From Sphaerodactylus townsendi (Eukaryota): a stretch of DNA of 64,000 bases. The notes under the pieces were generated by a model. The model had not been told where the DNA came from. It made no database searches and saw nothing but the letters and a program-made list of their open reading frames with translations. Shown piece by piece: positions 24,501 to 37,628 of the stretch. Location: contig NC_059426.1 in NCBI RefSeq assembly GCF_021028975.2, positions 71,052,001-71,116,000 on the forward strand, given 5' to 3'. The translations under genes were made by a program, and so were the position numbers. Each line of letters starts with the position of its first letter. The stretch's first letter is position 1.

Positions 24501-25768
24501 GATTTCCAAAAGGCTTTTGACAAAGTTCCTCACCAGGAGACTATTGAGAAAACTCAGCAATGAAGGAATAAGAGGAAGTCCTCCTATGGATTAAAAAAAC
24601 TGGTTGAGAAACAGGAAGCAAAGAGTGGGTGTAAATGGGAAATTCTCACAATGGAGAGATGTGGGAGGGTGTCCCCAAGGATCCGTATTGGGACCAGTGC
24701 TCTTTAACCTATTCATAAATGACCTGGAAGTAGGGGTGGGTAGCGTGGTGGCCAAGTTTGCAGATGATTCCAAATTATGTAGGGTGGTGAGAACCACAAA
24801 GGATTGCGAGGAGCTCCAAGCGAACCTTGATAAATTAGGTGAGTGGGCTAAGAAATGGCAAATGCAGTTCAATGTAGCAAAATGCAAAGTGATGCACATA
24901 GGGGCAAAAAATCCAAACTTCACATACACGCTCACGGGGGTCACTGCTATCAGTCACAGACCAGGAAAGGGATTTGGGCGTCTTAGTTGATAGTTCCATG
25001 GGAATGTCAACTCAATGTATGGCAGCTGTGAAAAAAGGCAAACTCTGTGCTGGGGATAATTAGGAAAGGAGTTGATAATAAAACTGCAAAGATTGTCATG
25101 CCCTTATATAAAGCCGTGGTGCGACCGCACTTGGAGTACTGTGTTCAGTTCTGGTCACCACATCTCAAAAAGGATATTGAAGAGATAGAAAAAGTGCAGA
25201 GAAGGGCAACGAGGATGATTGAGGGACTGGAGCACCTTCCTTATGAGGAAAGGCTGCAGCGTTTGGGACTCTTTAGTTTGGAGAGGAGACGTCTGAGGGG
25301 GGATATGATTGAAGTCTATAAAATTATGCATGGGGTAGAAAATGTTGACAGAGAGAAATTTTTCTCTCTTTCTCACAATACTAGAACCAGGGGGGCATTC
25401 ATTGAAAATGCTGGGGGGGAAGAATTAGAACTAATAAAAGGAAACACTTCTTCACGCAACGTGTGATTGGTGTTTGGAATATGCTGCCACATGAGGTGGT
25501 GATGGCCACTAACCTGGATAGCTTTAAAAGGGGCTTGGACAGATTTATGGAGGAGAAGTCAATTTATGGCTACCAATCTTGATCCTCTTTGATCTGAGAT
25601 TGCAAATGCCTTAACAGTCCAGGTGCTCGGGAGCAACAGCCGCAGAAGGCCATTGCTTTCACATCCTACATGTGAACTCCCAAAGGCACCTGGTGGGCCA
25701 CTGCGAGTAGCAGAGAGCTGGACTAGATGGACTCTGGTCTGATCCAGCTGGCTTGTTCTTATGTTCTT
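21010..25768 (+). mobile_element. Near-full-length CR1 LINE (5'UTR with tandem duplication, ORF1 from 21671, ORF2 EN+RT about 22780-25570, 3' tail), frameshifted
   Basis: ORF1 PVFCTECHMY...CPRC zinc finger plus LLVVGDSIIR SGNH esterase. ORF2 CLYANSRS, DIVGITETWW, MGDFNYP, GNYRPVSLTS, PQGSVLGP, KFADD, RPHLEYCVQFWSP. Tail ttcttatgttctt. TSD aacag at 21005-21009 and 25769-25773. Confidence 0.95.
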
Positions 25769-28034
25769 AACAGTAGCAGCAAATCAATTGCAGAGGCCAG
25801 CGGTACGTGCTCATGCAAACACGCAGCCTGATACTGTGCGATGTCATTGATGTGTGTGCCCGCATTCCTTGGTGGGGAATGGAAAGGCACCCCTCCCACA
25901 CATCTAGGCTGGCTGGTCATGATCCTTTACCTGGGAGTAAGTTTGGTTGGTGGCAATGGGTGTCGCTTCTGAGGAAACCCTCTGAGGGGCGCAACGCAGC
26001 CATTCAAAGTATGTCATGGTTGCTGTACCGAGCTTACTCCTGAGTAATGCGTGCCTGGTTTTCTTAACCATAACCGAAGTATTCAGGGAATCTAGGGTGC
26101 CTGGACCCTTCCTCCCGTCCCTTGCATGTCGCCCCTCCCTCTCTTCCCTCCCTCACTTCTCTTCCCTTGCATGCCACCCCCCTCCCTCCTCTTTCCCTCC
26201 GCTAGGGTGGGTGAGTCATATCAAGATACTGGGCCCCCTGCCTCCCCTACCTTGCATGCCACCCCTCACTCTCTCCCCTTGCATGCCACCCCTCCCTTCC
26301 CTCATATGTGTGTGTATGTGTTTCACTTCCACTCAAGTTACTGCCTATGTACTGTTTTCACTGCTCATATCTGGCCATCTGAGTGAACATTCTAAGGGTG
26401 ACAGTTACACACAGGCAGCTGCATGTCCTTCACCATGGAGTGCCAGGAAAAAGGCATTTTACCTGGGCCAGGTGTGAAATTTCAGGTATGTGAACATCTA
26501 AAAACACTCTCGCCTGGCTGACTATAGTGGCTGGAAATTTTCAGAGGAATTGGCCCAGCAGTTACTGAGTCATACTACCACTAACAAAAACACTGTTAGC
26601 TTTTTATATATGTAAGCACCAGCCCCTATACTGGTCACAGAGCAGGTAACAGGATCTGAGCAAAAATCATTTTCATGTCTGCCATAACACTGTAAGCTGC
26701 CACAACATCATTACTAAGCAGAATAAAAGAGAACTCCATTGTATTGTTATAGAAGTAACAAAACAAAGGTCTTTCTCTAAACCAGTCTCTTTGGCAACAT
26801 TAGTTTGCAAGATAGGAGCCTGTCAGAAGTGTGTGTGTTCTCTTTGTTCATTATACCAATTGTGTGAGGATAATGAAGACAAGTTGAAAGTATCCATAAA
26901 TGTTCTGGCTTAGTACACATTTTATTCTTGGTCCGCATCCTGAAAAATGCTTTAAGAAGCGCTGATATTTGTCGTTCTGTGTGATTTTTCTCTTGGTGCT
27001 GATCAGACCCTTTTGATCTGAATAAAATTAATTCTTTAATTTTAGTTGGTTTTGATTTTTTCCTTTAATAATCTAAACTTGGTATCCTGGGTTTAAAGAA
27101 AGGAAGGATTTCATTGTCTTCCTTTGAGACTGGTTGAAATCTAAATTGGGACATATCAAAAGAAGATTCCTGTCTTCCATTGAGACTGTTTGGAATGCAG
27201 GGTCTGCACTAACATATATATAGATTATTTAAATTCTGAGCAACACCTCACCTACACCAGGGTTTATGCTTGCTCCTCTCAATGTGGGGATGCATAGACA
27301 GACCACAAAGATGAAAGTGTTGGACTTCCCTGTAACTGTTTTTCAAGTGGTCTTCTGTGCAGACACACACACCCTTTCCTGCTGTGGGCTATTTTATACT
27401 ATCAGTGTAACTAGATGACTTATCTGCACTTGACTTACCTTTCGCCTGTGGTAGCGCAAATACAGAGGGATGAATGCCTCCCTCCATAGGCAGTCCTATG
27501 GTTGGGGAAGAAATATTCTTTACCTGGAAGCCATGTGGCTTACAAAAGAAGGTTCTGGTCTCATTTTCTCCCGTATCTATATACCTAATAACAATGTGCA
27601 AACCCCCACCCCCATCTGCGGATATCTAAATCTGTGGATTTAAGACACAGGAGCACTAAACCAATAGTTCTCCAAACTTAGGGGACTCTCAGTGTTTACA
27701 GAAAAATCTTAATAAACACACACACTTCAGGTTCAACCCCCCCCCCCCAAAAAAAAAACCCCTACCTCCTTTCCTGATGGCTGCAGTGGAGGAGTTGATG
27801 GGAGTCACAGCAAGCCCGGCAGCAGAGGCTGACAACATGCTTGGCTCACTATAGCTGCACTGGGCTTGCCAGTACTGGAGGTGTTGGGTAGAGGGAAGAG
27901 ATGCAGCAGGCTCAGTAGTAGAAGCCACAAGCTATGCAGGGGTTGCTAGAGTGGAGGAGATGGAGATGCACCAGGCTTGCCAAGAGTGTAGGTCATTGGT
28001 GGTGGCAGAGACAGAGGAGATAGTGGGTCTAGCT

Positions 28035-28181
28035 CAGGGGTCTGCAACCTTCAGCTCTCCAGATGTTCATGGACTACAAATCCCATTAGCCCCTGCCAGC
28101 ATGGCCAATTGGCCATGCTGGCAGGGGCTGATGGTATTTCTAGTCCATGAACATCTGGAGAGCTGCAGATTGCAGACCCTG
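28035..28181. mobile_element. Palindromic hAT MITE with 8-bp TSD
   Basis: caggggtctgcaa...ttgcagaccctg. The whole element folds back around ggccaattggcc. TSD gtctagct at 28027-28034 and 28182-28189. Confidence 0.9.
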
Positions 28182-28744
28182 GTCTAGCTGCAGAGACTGG
28201 ATGCCACACCAAACTCAAGTGGGGGTGGGCAGGGAGCTTGAACTGCTCTGGGCTTGCTGGCAGTGGAGACAAGGGCTGGGGGGTAAGCTACAGTAAGTTC
28301 CCTGGAAGTGGCAATGATAGTAAGATGGAGGCATTGCTAAGCAGAAGGGACCATTCCCCGAAAGTGGGTTCCAACTTGTACATTCTAATTGCGAAAATGG
28401 GCAAACCAAAGGATTCTTAAATCTGGAACTGTGGATAATCGAGATCTTTCTATCCCATGCTTGCTTAAAAAAATCTGAAAAGTTAAAAATGTGAAATGAA
28501 GAGAATTTGTAGCTTTAAGAAATCATGGTTCTCATTGGCTGCTGCTAGGCAACCACAAGCATTCTACTCTAAGTTTCCCTCAGTAAAAGGTAGTAGTAGG
28601 GGGCAAGGCCCTTTCCAGGACTGTTTTGGCTATTAAGGGAGGACAGGCAACCACCACAGGATGTCTTCATACCACTCTATCTGCAAGACTCAACTAGGCT
28701 TGGCTGCTTGGACTGTTCATCAGCAGCTGCCCTACAAAAGCAAA

Positions 28745-28975
28745 TGTGGTGTAGCAGTTAGAGGTCTGAAGCAGGGTCTGGGAGTCCCAGGTTCAAATCA
28801 CCGATCTGCCATAGAAGCTCACTAGGCGATATTGAGCCAATCACATACTTTCAGCCTAATCTGTCTCACAGTATTTTGAAAATAAAGAGGAAGAGAATGG
28901 TGTAAGCTGCTTTGGTCCTTACTGCTGGGAAAGACGGGGTATAAATTAAGTAAATAAATGAGATGCAAATAAAAT
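28745..28975 (+). mobile_element. tRNA-derived SINE (older copy)
   Basis: tgtggtgtagcagttagag...cccaggttcaaatc...ctgccatagaagctcact...cagcctaatctgtctcacag, with a (taaa)n tail. Confidence 0.7.
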
Positions 28976-31929
28976 AAGTTGGTTTACGGCTGAGGAGAAA
29001 ATGAGAAAATATGGGGATTGTCAGCAAGAGGAAAATGGAAAATATGTTGAAATGGTGATTTAGGAGAAAGTGAAATGCCCCCTCCCCCCTTCTTGAGGGT
29101 TCCCTACCATGCAAATGGTACAGCACTACACAACTGGGCCATAGTTTTCCTAGGCAGGGGCTGTGGGGGAGATAAAGACAGAGGAAAAGATACAGGTAGG
29201 TTTCCTGTGAAGAAGGGTTGCCAACTATAAGGTAGGAAATTCCTAGAGATTTGGAGGTGGGAATGAGAGAAGTAAGCAGGAAGATAGGAGGCTTTCAAGG
29301 ACACAAAGAGGAAATAGTGGGGGGGGGGAGTGACTCTCTCTGCAAGTGGAGGGGAAGTGACCCCCTCTGGGTGTGGGCAGAGGTCTGTGGAAAGGTTTAG
29401 CATTCACCCTTAGCATCTCAACCAATTTACTGTTTCTAGTTGTAGCTATCATATTAACAAGCAATTCCTTTATTATTTCAGCAGTTGCTAAACTGGCTAT
29501 ACTAGATTCAGCAGGGGCGTCATTAATGGATAGGAAAGGGTGACAGATGTGATATACGATAAACCTTTGTTTGCTTTAAATAATGAGCAAAAATGTATTA
29601 CCTAAACTCATTTCCCAACCCCCTCTCTTTGCTACTTTGTTCTCTGTAACAAACAGAAAGAATGCATAAGAGCAGAGGGAGGGAGGTGCAGTTATGCAGT
29701 TCAAACTAATGTGAGCAACTAATCAGCTGAGATGGAAGGAAAATGTAGTCAGATAATTCAGTGAACCCACAGGAAGGAGAACATGGACAAGAAAATGAGG
29801 TACACTATTTGGCGCTTTTTAGGTTCCAAGGCACAATTCAAAAGTTGCATCCAACATGAACAGCAGTAAGCCTTTCACTACCTCCCCCAGGCCTGGGAAG
29901 TACGATGAACTACTGTGGTCCTGCAGAAAAACAGTGATTGTAACGGCAACATTTACCTGGAAAATATTCTACCTCTTATTAGAAACTTAAAACAGGAGAC
30001 TTGCTCAAAAACCATAAAAATAAGGCATATGCTTCAAATTAGCTACTAACTCTCAAAGTGCCCTCAATGAAGGAGGATATGATTTTTTTAAGGATACAGA
30101 AAGTAGTGACTGAGCCACCCTACGATGATCCTTGTGCAGATGTTGCTCCTAAACCACTAAATGCCTATCACCAGTTCATTCCCTGCCTTTCTAACTTATG
30201 GTAACCTCAATTTTCTGTGATGTAACAGGTGGCCTCTGGAGTATGGAAAGAAAACAGAATGAGGCTGTACCATTTTTCCTTTGAGCCAAGACAACTGGTG
30301 AAACTGTAGTCACTGCATTACCTCATTCCAGCTTTTGCTGTGGTGGAACAAGACCTTGGTCAACAAAGCTGGACAAATTTTAACTGCTTTGAGCTTTGGC
30401 AGGTGTAACCAAAAAGGCAGGCAGCACAAGGGGCCGACTGTGCTGCAGCTTGCCCGTTTGCTTGTAAGAGTAACAGGATTACAAGAAGTTGATGGAAAGC
30501 TTCAAAAAACCCCTTGAAACTAAACTGAAAATGTCAACATCTCTCCTTCAAGAACCTGTCCAAGCATTAGCAGAACTCTACAGTTTCACATGTCTGAATG
30601 ATGAAACACACAAAGGCATATTTTTCCATATCACTCCATCATGGAACTCAGGAGGACACAAGGGAGAAAGATGACGAAGGAACTAGGGTGCAAGATACAG
30701 ATGCAGAAGTACCAACAGTCCTCACTTGGCAGTCATCTTGCTTGTTTGTAGGAACCATCAGAAAATGCCAACCATCTTGCAAGCACACTGATTAGTCAAC
30801 TTGTTTTGAAAATGGCAATATGGAGACATCCACCTTACCACACCATTATGATTTACAGTCCAATCATTACTTCTTTTTCCTTCCTTAAACTTTATGAACT
30901 TTCCATAAAACTTCCAAGTGTTCAGACATTTTACTATCCTCCTAAGAAGTGAAGAGATCCCCACCCAGCCCTTGGAATCTAGAATACACATCACACCAGA
31001 CTGATTATGCTCCAGCTTGCCGCCAATTGCTGTATTTGCCTACAGCCAATGAAGGGTATTTGCATAAGCAGGTACAGTTTACCAGATGTTCTGCGCTAGA
31101 AGTGGTTCCACAGGAACTGCCTGATTCCTTTCCCTTCCTTTCCCCTAAACTGATCAACTTGAAATTTGCACCAAAGGTCACTCCAAAGAAAACTCCTCTG
31201 TATGATCCTTTAGTAAGCAACTCATACGTAAGCAGAGCAACATAGGAGAGTAACAACAGTGCAAGTCTACAAAGCAGAGGCCTTCAGAAAGAATTGAGGC
31301 CTCCATTTGGTTTTTAAGGGCAAGAGCAGCTTCTCTATCTACACAGCACAGTTAATCCACCGTCTTCTCATCAATGTGCTGCCTTCTCTTGTCATATTCT
31401 ATTCAGAGAGAGCTGCTTACTGCAATCAGGTTATTAGCCTGTCCAGGAGTAATCAGAAGCTGTGCCCCATGAATAAGAATGCATCAGTGGAATTATCTGT
31501 GTATCTGCAGCAGATTACAGAGCTACTTACAAAGCTCTAGATTACTTGAGGAGGCCGCCTCCAGGATTCCTTCAATCATTAGCATCTCCTCCAATAGAGA
31601 TTTAATTAAAATCTGAGACAGGGACATCCCAACTTAGGATCATTTTGTACCAACCCCCTCCCCCCCCCCAAAAAAAACCCCCCCCTAAAATGGGCAAAGA
31701 TCTCTGACAAAAGACATTTGCTTGTTTCAAGTCCCAGGCAGTCTGTGTTCCCTAGACAGACACCAATGGAGTCCCAGAAGGTCCATTTAGTAGTTGTCTT
31801 CAACATGTCGCTCCACAAAGTGAAAGTATATGAGTCAGCAGTGGTTCTGCCATCATCGCTCATCCTTTTTCCAGCAAGCTCCCAGTACCTTCCTGGAGCA
31901 CTCTCCCCATCACACTTTCTGGCAGAACT

Positions 31930-34900
31930 TTATCGGAGGCTGCTACTGCTGCTGGCTTGAGAGCTGCCCACACCTGGATGCTCGGGGCTATGCCGGTTCT
32001 GAGGAAAACGAAAGACATAAAACAATAAGAATGGTTTATTTTAATTTCTTCTTGCCGAGGCTCAAGGTGGATGATAACTGAAAACAATGGAAGCAGCATG
32101 AGCCACGAAGGAGCTTCAGGCCAGAAAAGAGGCCTCTGCTCTAATGCCCTTCATTTCTGAGCAGTGTCTCCAACTTTCCTATAACTGGTTCTAAAAGGTT
32201 TATCCCACAGCTCACCTTCTTTTTCTTTTTCTCCTTCTTTTTTCTTTTCCGCTCAGGATCATCCTCTTTTTTCTTCTTCTTTTTCTTGTGATCAGAATCT
32301 GAAGGTGTTTCTGCCAAGAAAGATTCCGTAGTTGAAGAAGGCATCACTCAGATGGATGTGGGGAATCGTGATGGCTTAGGCTACTGAATGGAGGGCGAAC
32401 ACAGCACCAGATGAGGAAGCATCTTACCTGGAGGGACAGGATCCTGTGTACGGCTCTGCTTGTGCTTGTGTTTGTTTTTTTTCTTAGGTGGCTGGATGTG
32501 CATTAAGCGACACTGCTCTGGCAGCTGCAACACCACAAAAAGAAACAGAGGCACATCTATACAGCATAGTTGCAGAGGGTAATTACGAGGAAGTTCTCAA
32601 GACTTACTGGGAAAGCTCACAGTAGTTCACATTCATCAGCTTAGAATTCCTGGGCCTTTTCTGCATCAAAACTTCCCAACTATTCTGAACACACTAAGTG
32701 AGATTATCTGCCAGGTCCTAATTTTCCAAACACAGCAAAAATCAGGCTTTGCTATACTCAGAACTATCCACACCTGCTCCCAGCCAACTGTAACACACCA
32801 TCTGCCAATAAATTGAGTATTTAAATTTAAATTTAAATTCAAAGTTAACCCTGCTCTGCATACCTGCTCAGTAACCAAGGAAGAGAAAACATGAATCTTT
32901 TCTATTACAAAGCAAAGAACTTCTATCCCCTTCCACTTGGGCTCTCTATTACCACTGTGCACACCAAACAAAATGGATCCCAAGGTAATCAACTTAGCCT
33001 CTTATCTTATCTTAGCCTCTTATGAATAATACACTGATTAATAGGAATTCACGTTTTCCCTGTGATCTGTCACCTCCAACTCTTACTACAGCTTCACCCA
33101 TGTGTGTATCGTATTGTTCAGATTTTCCAGCACGGGCAAATTTTCCTTTCTGTCGGAGACTACAGTGTCTATAATAAAAATGTCCTCTCCTTCACCCCAT
33201 TCCCCGTTCAGTTCCCATCTTTGACTTACCGGGCCTGCATGGAGACGAAAACCTGTGAGCATTGTACCAGTTATAGGGTTGAATGAGCTCCCACAGATGG
33301 GGGGCTTCTCAATGAGGGAGCGAAGACTGCTGTTGTCATGAGAGCCTGGCAGATCTATCATCCCTGGCAAGTCAGGCAGGAAATTACTGAGCTTCTCCTT
33401 CACCTTTTTGCCACAAAACTTGTTGTAAGCATGCTCCAGGTTATAATAGGTGATGAGATTAGTGCTTCCTGTTAATTCAGTGGTGCCTGATGCAAAACAA
33501 AGAACAATGTAATGCATACTGTGATTAGTTTATCAGGAAAAACCCCATTCAGAATAGGCCAGGTGTGGCATGCAAAACTATCATGACCCAAATTACTTAT
33601 GCAGCAAACTTCTTTATCTGGGTATGAAGCAAATGCATTTTTTTCTCTTACCAGCCACCCCATGACCATTATCTGGACCTATCACAGCATTTTGACCCTT
33701 CTTCGCTATAACACATTTAGGCATACAGTACTTTTGCAAAGACAGGAACACATACGTTGCCAGAAAGAAAACTACCAAGTAGTTAGGATAAATTATGTCA
33801 AGAGGAACTGTTCCTGACAACTCAGAGACAGCATATTAGAGTAGAAAATCAAACACAACAACCTGATCCTACAGGAGCAAGTCCCATGGTCTCCGAACAG
33901 GGCTTGCTTTTAAGGAAGAATATCCACAACTAAAGTGCAAATGTCAGGATCAGGCCTCCCCTCTGTGCTTCACCAATTCCAAAGTTAGAAATTAGATTCC
34001 AAAGTTAGAAATTAGATTAATGATTTAACAACACAATCCTGCAGGCATTTTTTTCATATTTTTATTTTATTATTATTTATTGCATTTATATGCTGCCCTT
34101 CCTTTTATGGGATTAGGGTGGCTTTTTATTCTGTAATTCTTGAGTCTCAAAGAGGAAGGTGGACTTTAAATTGAAGATTAATCATCATCATAATCAAATT
34201 AATTTTGCTTAAAACCAATTCAGTTGAAAACTTTCTAAAATATGCTTACCATTAGCCTCCTAAAAAGCCCGCAAGGAAGCCAAGCCAGCCTTCCTGGGCA
34301 TTTCTTAAAGCACCACAGAAATCAGGCCAGGGTATGGGCCTGAAGGCACATGATGTGCCAACCTTGCTGAAACTCAACAGGTCTGGCCAATGCCTAGATA
34401 AGAGACCTTCTAGGAACTCTTACGTATGCTGCTTTGTGTAACATGGAAGCAAGATGGACCAAAATGTAACAATAACACATCTGAGAAGAGGATGCTTAAC
34501 TGCCATGTCAATGTACAACTACACAGCCATATGTGTTTCTATTGTGACTGTTATTCACATTTAAAGAATAAAACCCTTCCACTTTCTAATCTATAGGTAG
34601 CAAGAATGCATTATCCTGTTCCTTCAACCCTCTCAAGAATGCTTCAGTGACCCAAACAAGGTTACAACAATTTCTACCTTTCCTCTGGTTTCTAAATTAC
34701 TTCACTTGTAAAAGTTACATAAATTCTTCTGGGCAGGAAGGGATAGATGTATTTTTAAAGAGGTATTCCCATCCATATTTATTTCCAAAATATATGGAAG
34801 GTCAAGAATTTAGGTAAATATACTACATTTAAAAAATCCTCAAAGAGAAGTAGAGGAATATTTTTTTAATTACGGCCTACCAAACAGTCACAAAGGGACA

Positions 34901-37628
34901 AAATAAAGTTTCAAATTTGTCAGAGTTTTTCATCAAATGGATATCCAGTGCAAAAAGCAAAAAGTTTGGTTGGAAAAGAGAGGAGAGATAAATATATTTC
35001 TGGTAAAATGGAAAGGCCCTGGGTAGTTTGTAACCTTCTTGAAACTGAACTCACTTATTGTTGTACACTTAACTGGATTAGATGGCACAGCATGCAAAAC
35101 AGATTTATGGAGGCAGCACAGCCTACTATGTCTCACAAAAAGATTTATGTGTGGTTTGTTTGTAGTAGGGCAGAAGTGAAAGTGTCCTTCCACTGTTAAA
35201 AAAAGTCCACCACTTGTGTTCCCCCACTCCCCTGCCCCAAAAGGATTCTGAAGTGGTAATCCCACTAGAATGGAGTTCTTGGAGAACCTAGGAGGAGCAG
35301 CCTGAGGTTGAAGCCAGAAGGGGAGCCCAGGCAACTGTGGTACAGAGTCAGAGGCATCTTAGCTGCTGCCGCCACTGCTTCATGCCTAGGGAGTGGGGAA
35401 GCCTGAGTGGCTCACTCACCGCCACTGCCTTCCATCTTGGGGTGGGGGAAGAATGGGATGGGACTTTCCCCTGCTAAAGGGAGCCACCAGCACCAGGCAA
35501 AGTCTCTCTGTGGCCCTGCTTCCCCCTCCTGCAGCCTATTTAGGGGTGGAGGACAGCTCCCTGGCTGACCTCCTGGCCACCTCCAGAACACAAGATACAA
35601 GGTGAGTGAGCTGGCCCTTCTCCTCCTTGCCTGGTGATGAAGTGGCTCTTGGAGGAGTGGGCCTTGCTTGTAGCGGGCTGTGCCTGAGGCTGAATGGAAG
35701 GCACCTGTGTGAGTCTCTTCCCTCCGGAGGTGGAATAAGCTGGAGGATGATTATGATCCCACTGCTCATCCCAAGGGCTGCTCTGAGTAAGCTCGTCCTT
35801 CGGAGACAGGCTCACACCTCATCCTCCTCTCCCCCCCCCCCCCATTTTCATTTAGACCCTCGAGTTGAGCCATCTGCACTATGTGAGCCTATCCTTGCTG
35901 AATCTGGACAGTCTGATCTCAGTTATCAGGAGGGGGGGAGCCTCAAAGGCACTTAGGGGGTCAGCTCATTGGCAAGGTGTTGGCACTGTCATACCACTGC
36001 ATTAGATATCACTGATTGGGTTTGGGCAGTGGTGCTTAAATCAATGGCAATGGTCATGTTCATCTTGCACACTTTGGAAAGCGGTGAAGGACTGGGGTGG
36101 GGTGTTACTATGGGGGAAGGGCAGGTCTGGTGTTACAAGAGAAATGTTCCTCTCGAAGGCAGGAGGACCTTCAGTGCAATCAATACTTCATTTGTATCTG
36201 AGGGAGCAATTTCTGTGCTCACAGTAGGCACTAGGACCCCTGCAGAGCATTCCATCACAAAGAAGGTCCAGAACAAAGTGGCGGATTAATGTAAAAATTT
36301 CCTGAGATCTTTTGGTGAGACAGAATATAGGATAGGAAAGAAAACTAATGCTCATTCCTTCTTTGAACCAATCAAATTCCTCTTCCTTTTTTGAACATTC
36401 AAGCTTACTAGAGAATTCTTGTTAACCTAAAAGCTATAGCTCATTACTTTGATGGTTAAGTTGATGCCAACACTCAAACCAAGAATAGGAAAATTAGTCA
36501 TTCAGCTTCATGTTTTCATTATCTTCATGGCCTTTTTTTTTTTTTTGCCAACCAGTAAGGTCCAGTTTAAAGATGTATTAACAGCATAAGGTGCTAGCTA
36601 CATAGAATACTTATTTGTTCTTACACCCTAAGGATATTTGAATCAATTTTCTTAAATATTTTTTCAAGGCACATAAAGTAATAAGCTCCGATTGTTGACC
36701 TAAACGTTTCTAAAGAATGCCTAAGTTTTATTGCTCTACTCTCAGGGGAAACTGTTTTGCTGACACTGGTAAACAGGCTCCATGCAAAACCAAACGAAAT
36801 GGTTAGATAAGGAAATTGGAAACTTCACAAATTGAAAATAAGAAGAATCGTCTGAGGGTCTGTTGAACTGAACCAGGGGGCAGTCTTCAGGGAAGAAGGG
36901 ACTGCGTTCCCAGAACAGCCAGATGCCCTAAGGCCAGAGGTGTCAAACTCGCAGCCAACATGCTGGCAGGGGATGATGGGAACTGTAGTCCATAACATCT
37001 GGAGGGCCGCGAGTTTGACACCTGTGCCCTAGGAGCTATTCAGTTCCTACACGGGCTCTCTTAATAGGCGCTTACTTTGGAGTAAGCCTAGTCAACTCAA
37101 CGGGACTTCCGGTCGAGGTTTTGGGGGCTCAACAATGAATTTTTGTGGAAAAGAGGCACAGTAGCGATACGGCCTCAAGCACCCGCCAATCTAACGTCTT
37201 CACTACGAACTTCACTTCCGCCAAGCCCGTAACTTCGACCGTTGATTGGCACAGCTACAGGAAAATGCTCGCCTGGCATACTTGAGCTGTCCTACTGGAC
37301 AAAAGTTCCTTGACGTCGTTATTGTTCCTAAACTACCATTGGCCCTAACACGCATCCCCCGCCTCCAACCCCCGGATGGCAAAACAGCCCATGAAGCCCG
37401 CTCCCAGCGGCAAATACCTGGTAACTCGCGCATCAAGTAAAAAGGGCTGGCTGCCGCCGCCGCCGCCGCCGCTTTGCGCGCTGCTTCCTCTCCGACGGCG
37501 GCCACCGAAGGTACGGGAGGCGGCCCGCTCCCAGGCCCTCCTGGTTTTCCTGACCCAAACCCCAGCGCAGCAGTAGCAGTGGACGGAGGTGGTTCTGCCC
37601 CACCGAAGAGAGCGGAAAAATTCTCCAT
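31930..37628 (-). CDS. MED19: Mediator complex subunit 19, 242 aa: complement(join(31930..31998,32216..32310,32428..32524,33230..33486,37418..37628))
   Basis: MENFSALFG...PFYLMRELPG / TTELTGSTNLITYYNLEHAYNKFCGKKVKEKLSNFLPDLPG...GFRLHAGP / LPEQCRLMHIQPPKKKNKHKHK / ETPSDSDHKKKKKKKEDDPERKRKKKEKKKKK / NRHSPEHPGVGSSQASSSSSLR*. GT-AG introns; total 729 nt in frame. Confidence 0.97.
36935..37026. mobile_element. Short hAT MITE (internally deleted) in MED19 intron 1
   Basis: TIRs cagaggtgtcaaactcgc / gcgagtttgacacctgtg. Body gggaactgtagtcc-acatctggagggccg is shared with 38390-38477. Confidence 0.75.

Larger units (their letters stand above)
20951..26615 (-). mobile_element. Non-autonomous Helitron (about 0.9 kb of its own sequence) split by the CR1 insertion
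   Basis: The minus strand ends gccacagcaacgtgtggc-cgggccctg-CTAG|t, i.e. a GC-rich hairpin followed by CTAG, the canonical Helitron 3' end. The other end near 26615 reads ..tacatatataaaaagc, a Helitron-like TA-rich 5' start whose exact TC is not clear. Confidence 0.7.

Noticed and set aside
33976-34017. Short 20-30 bp tandem duplications (also about 1982-2049, 5786-5824, 9489-9533, 49311-49348, 60690-60727)
   Set aside because: Ordinary slippage or repair duplications with unrelated sequences and no shared system.
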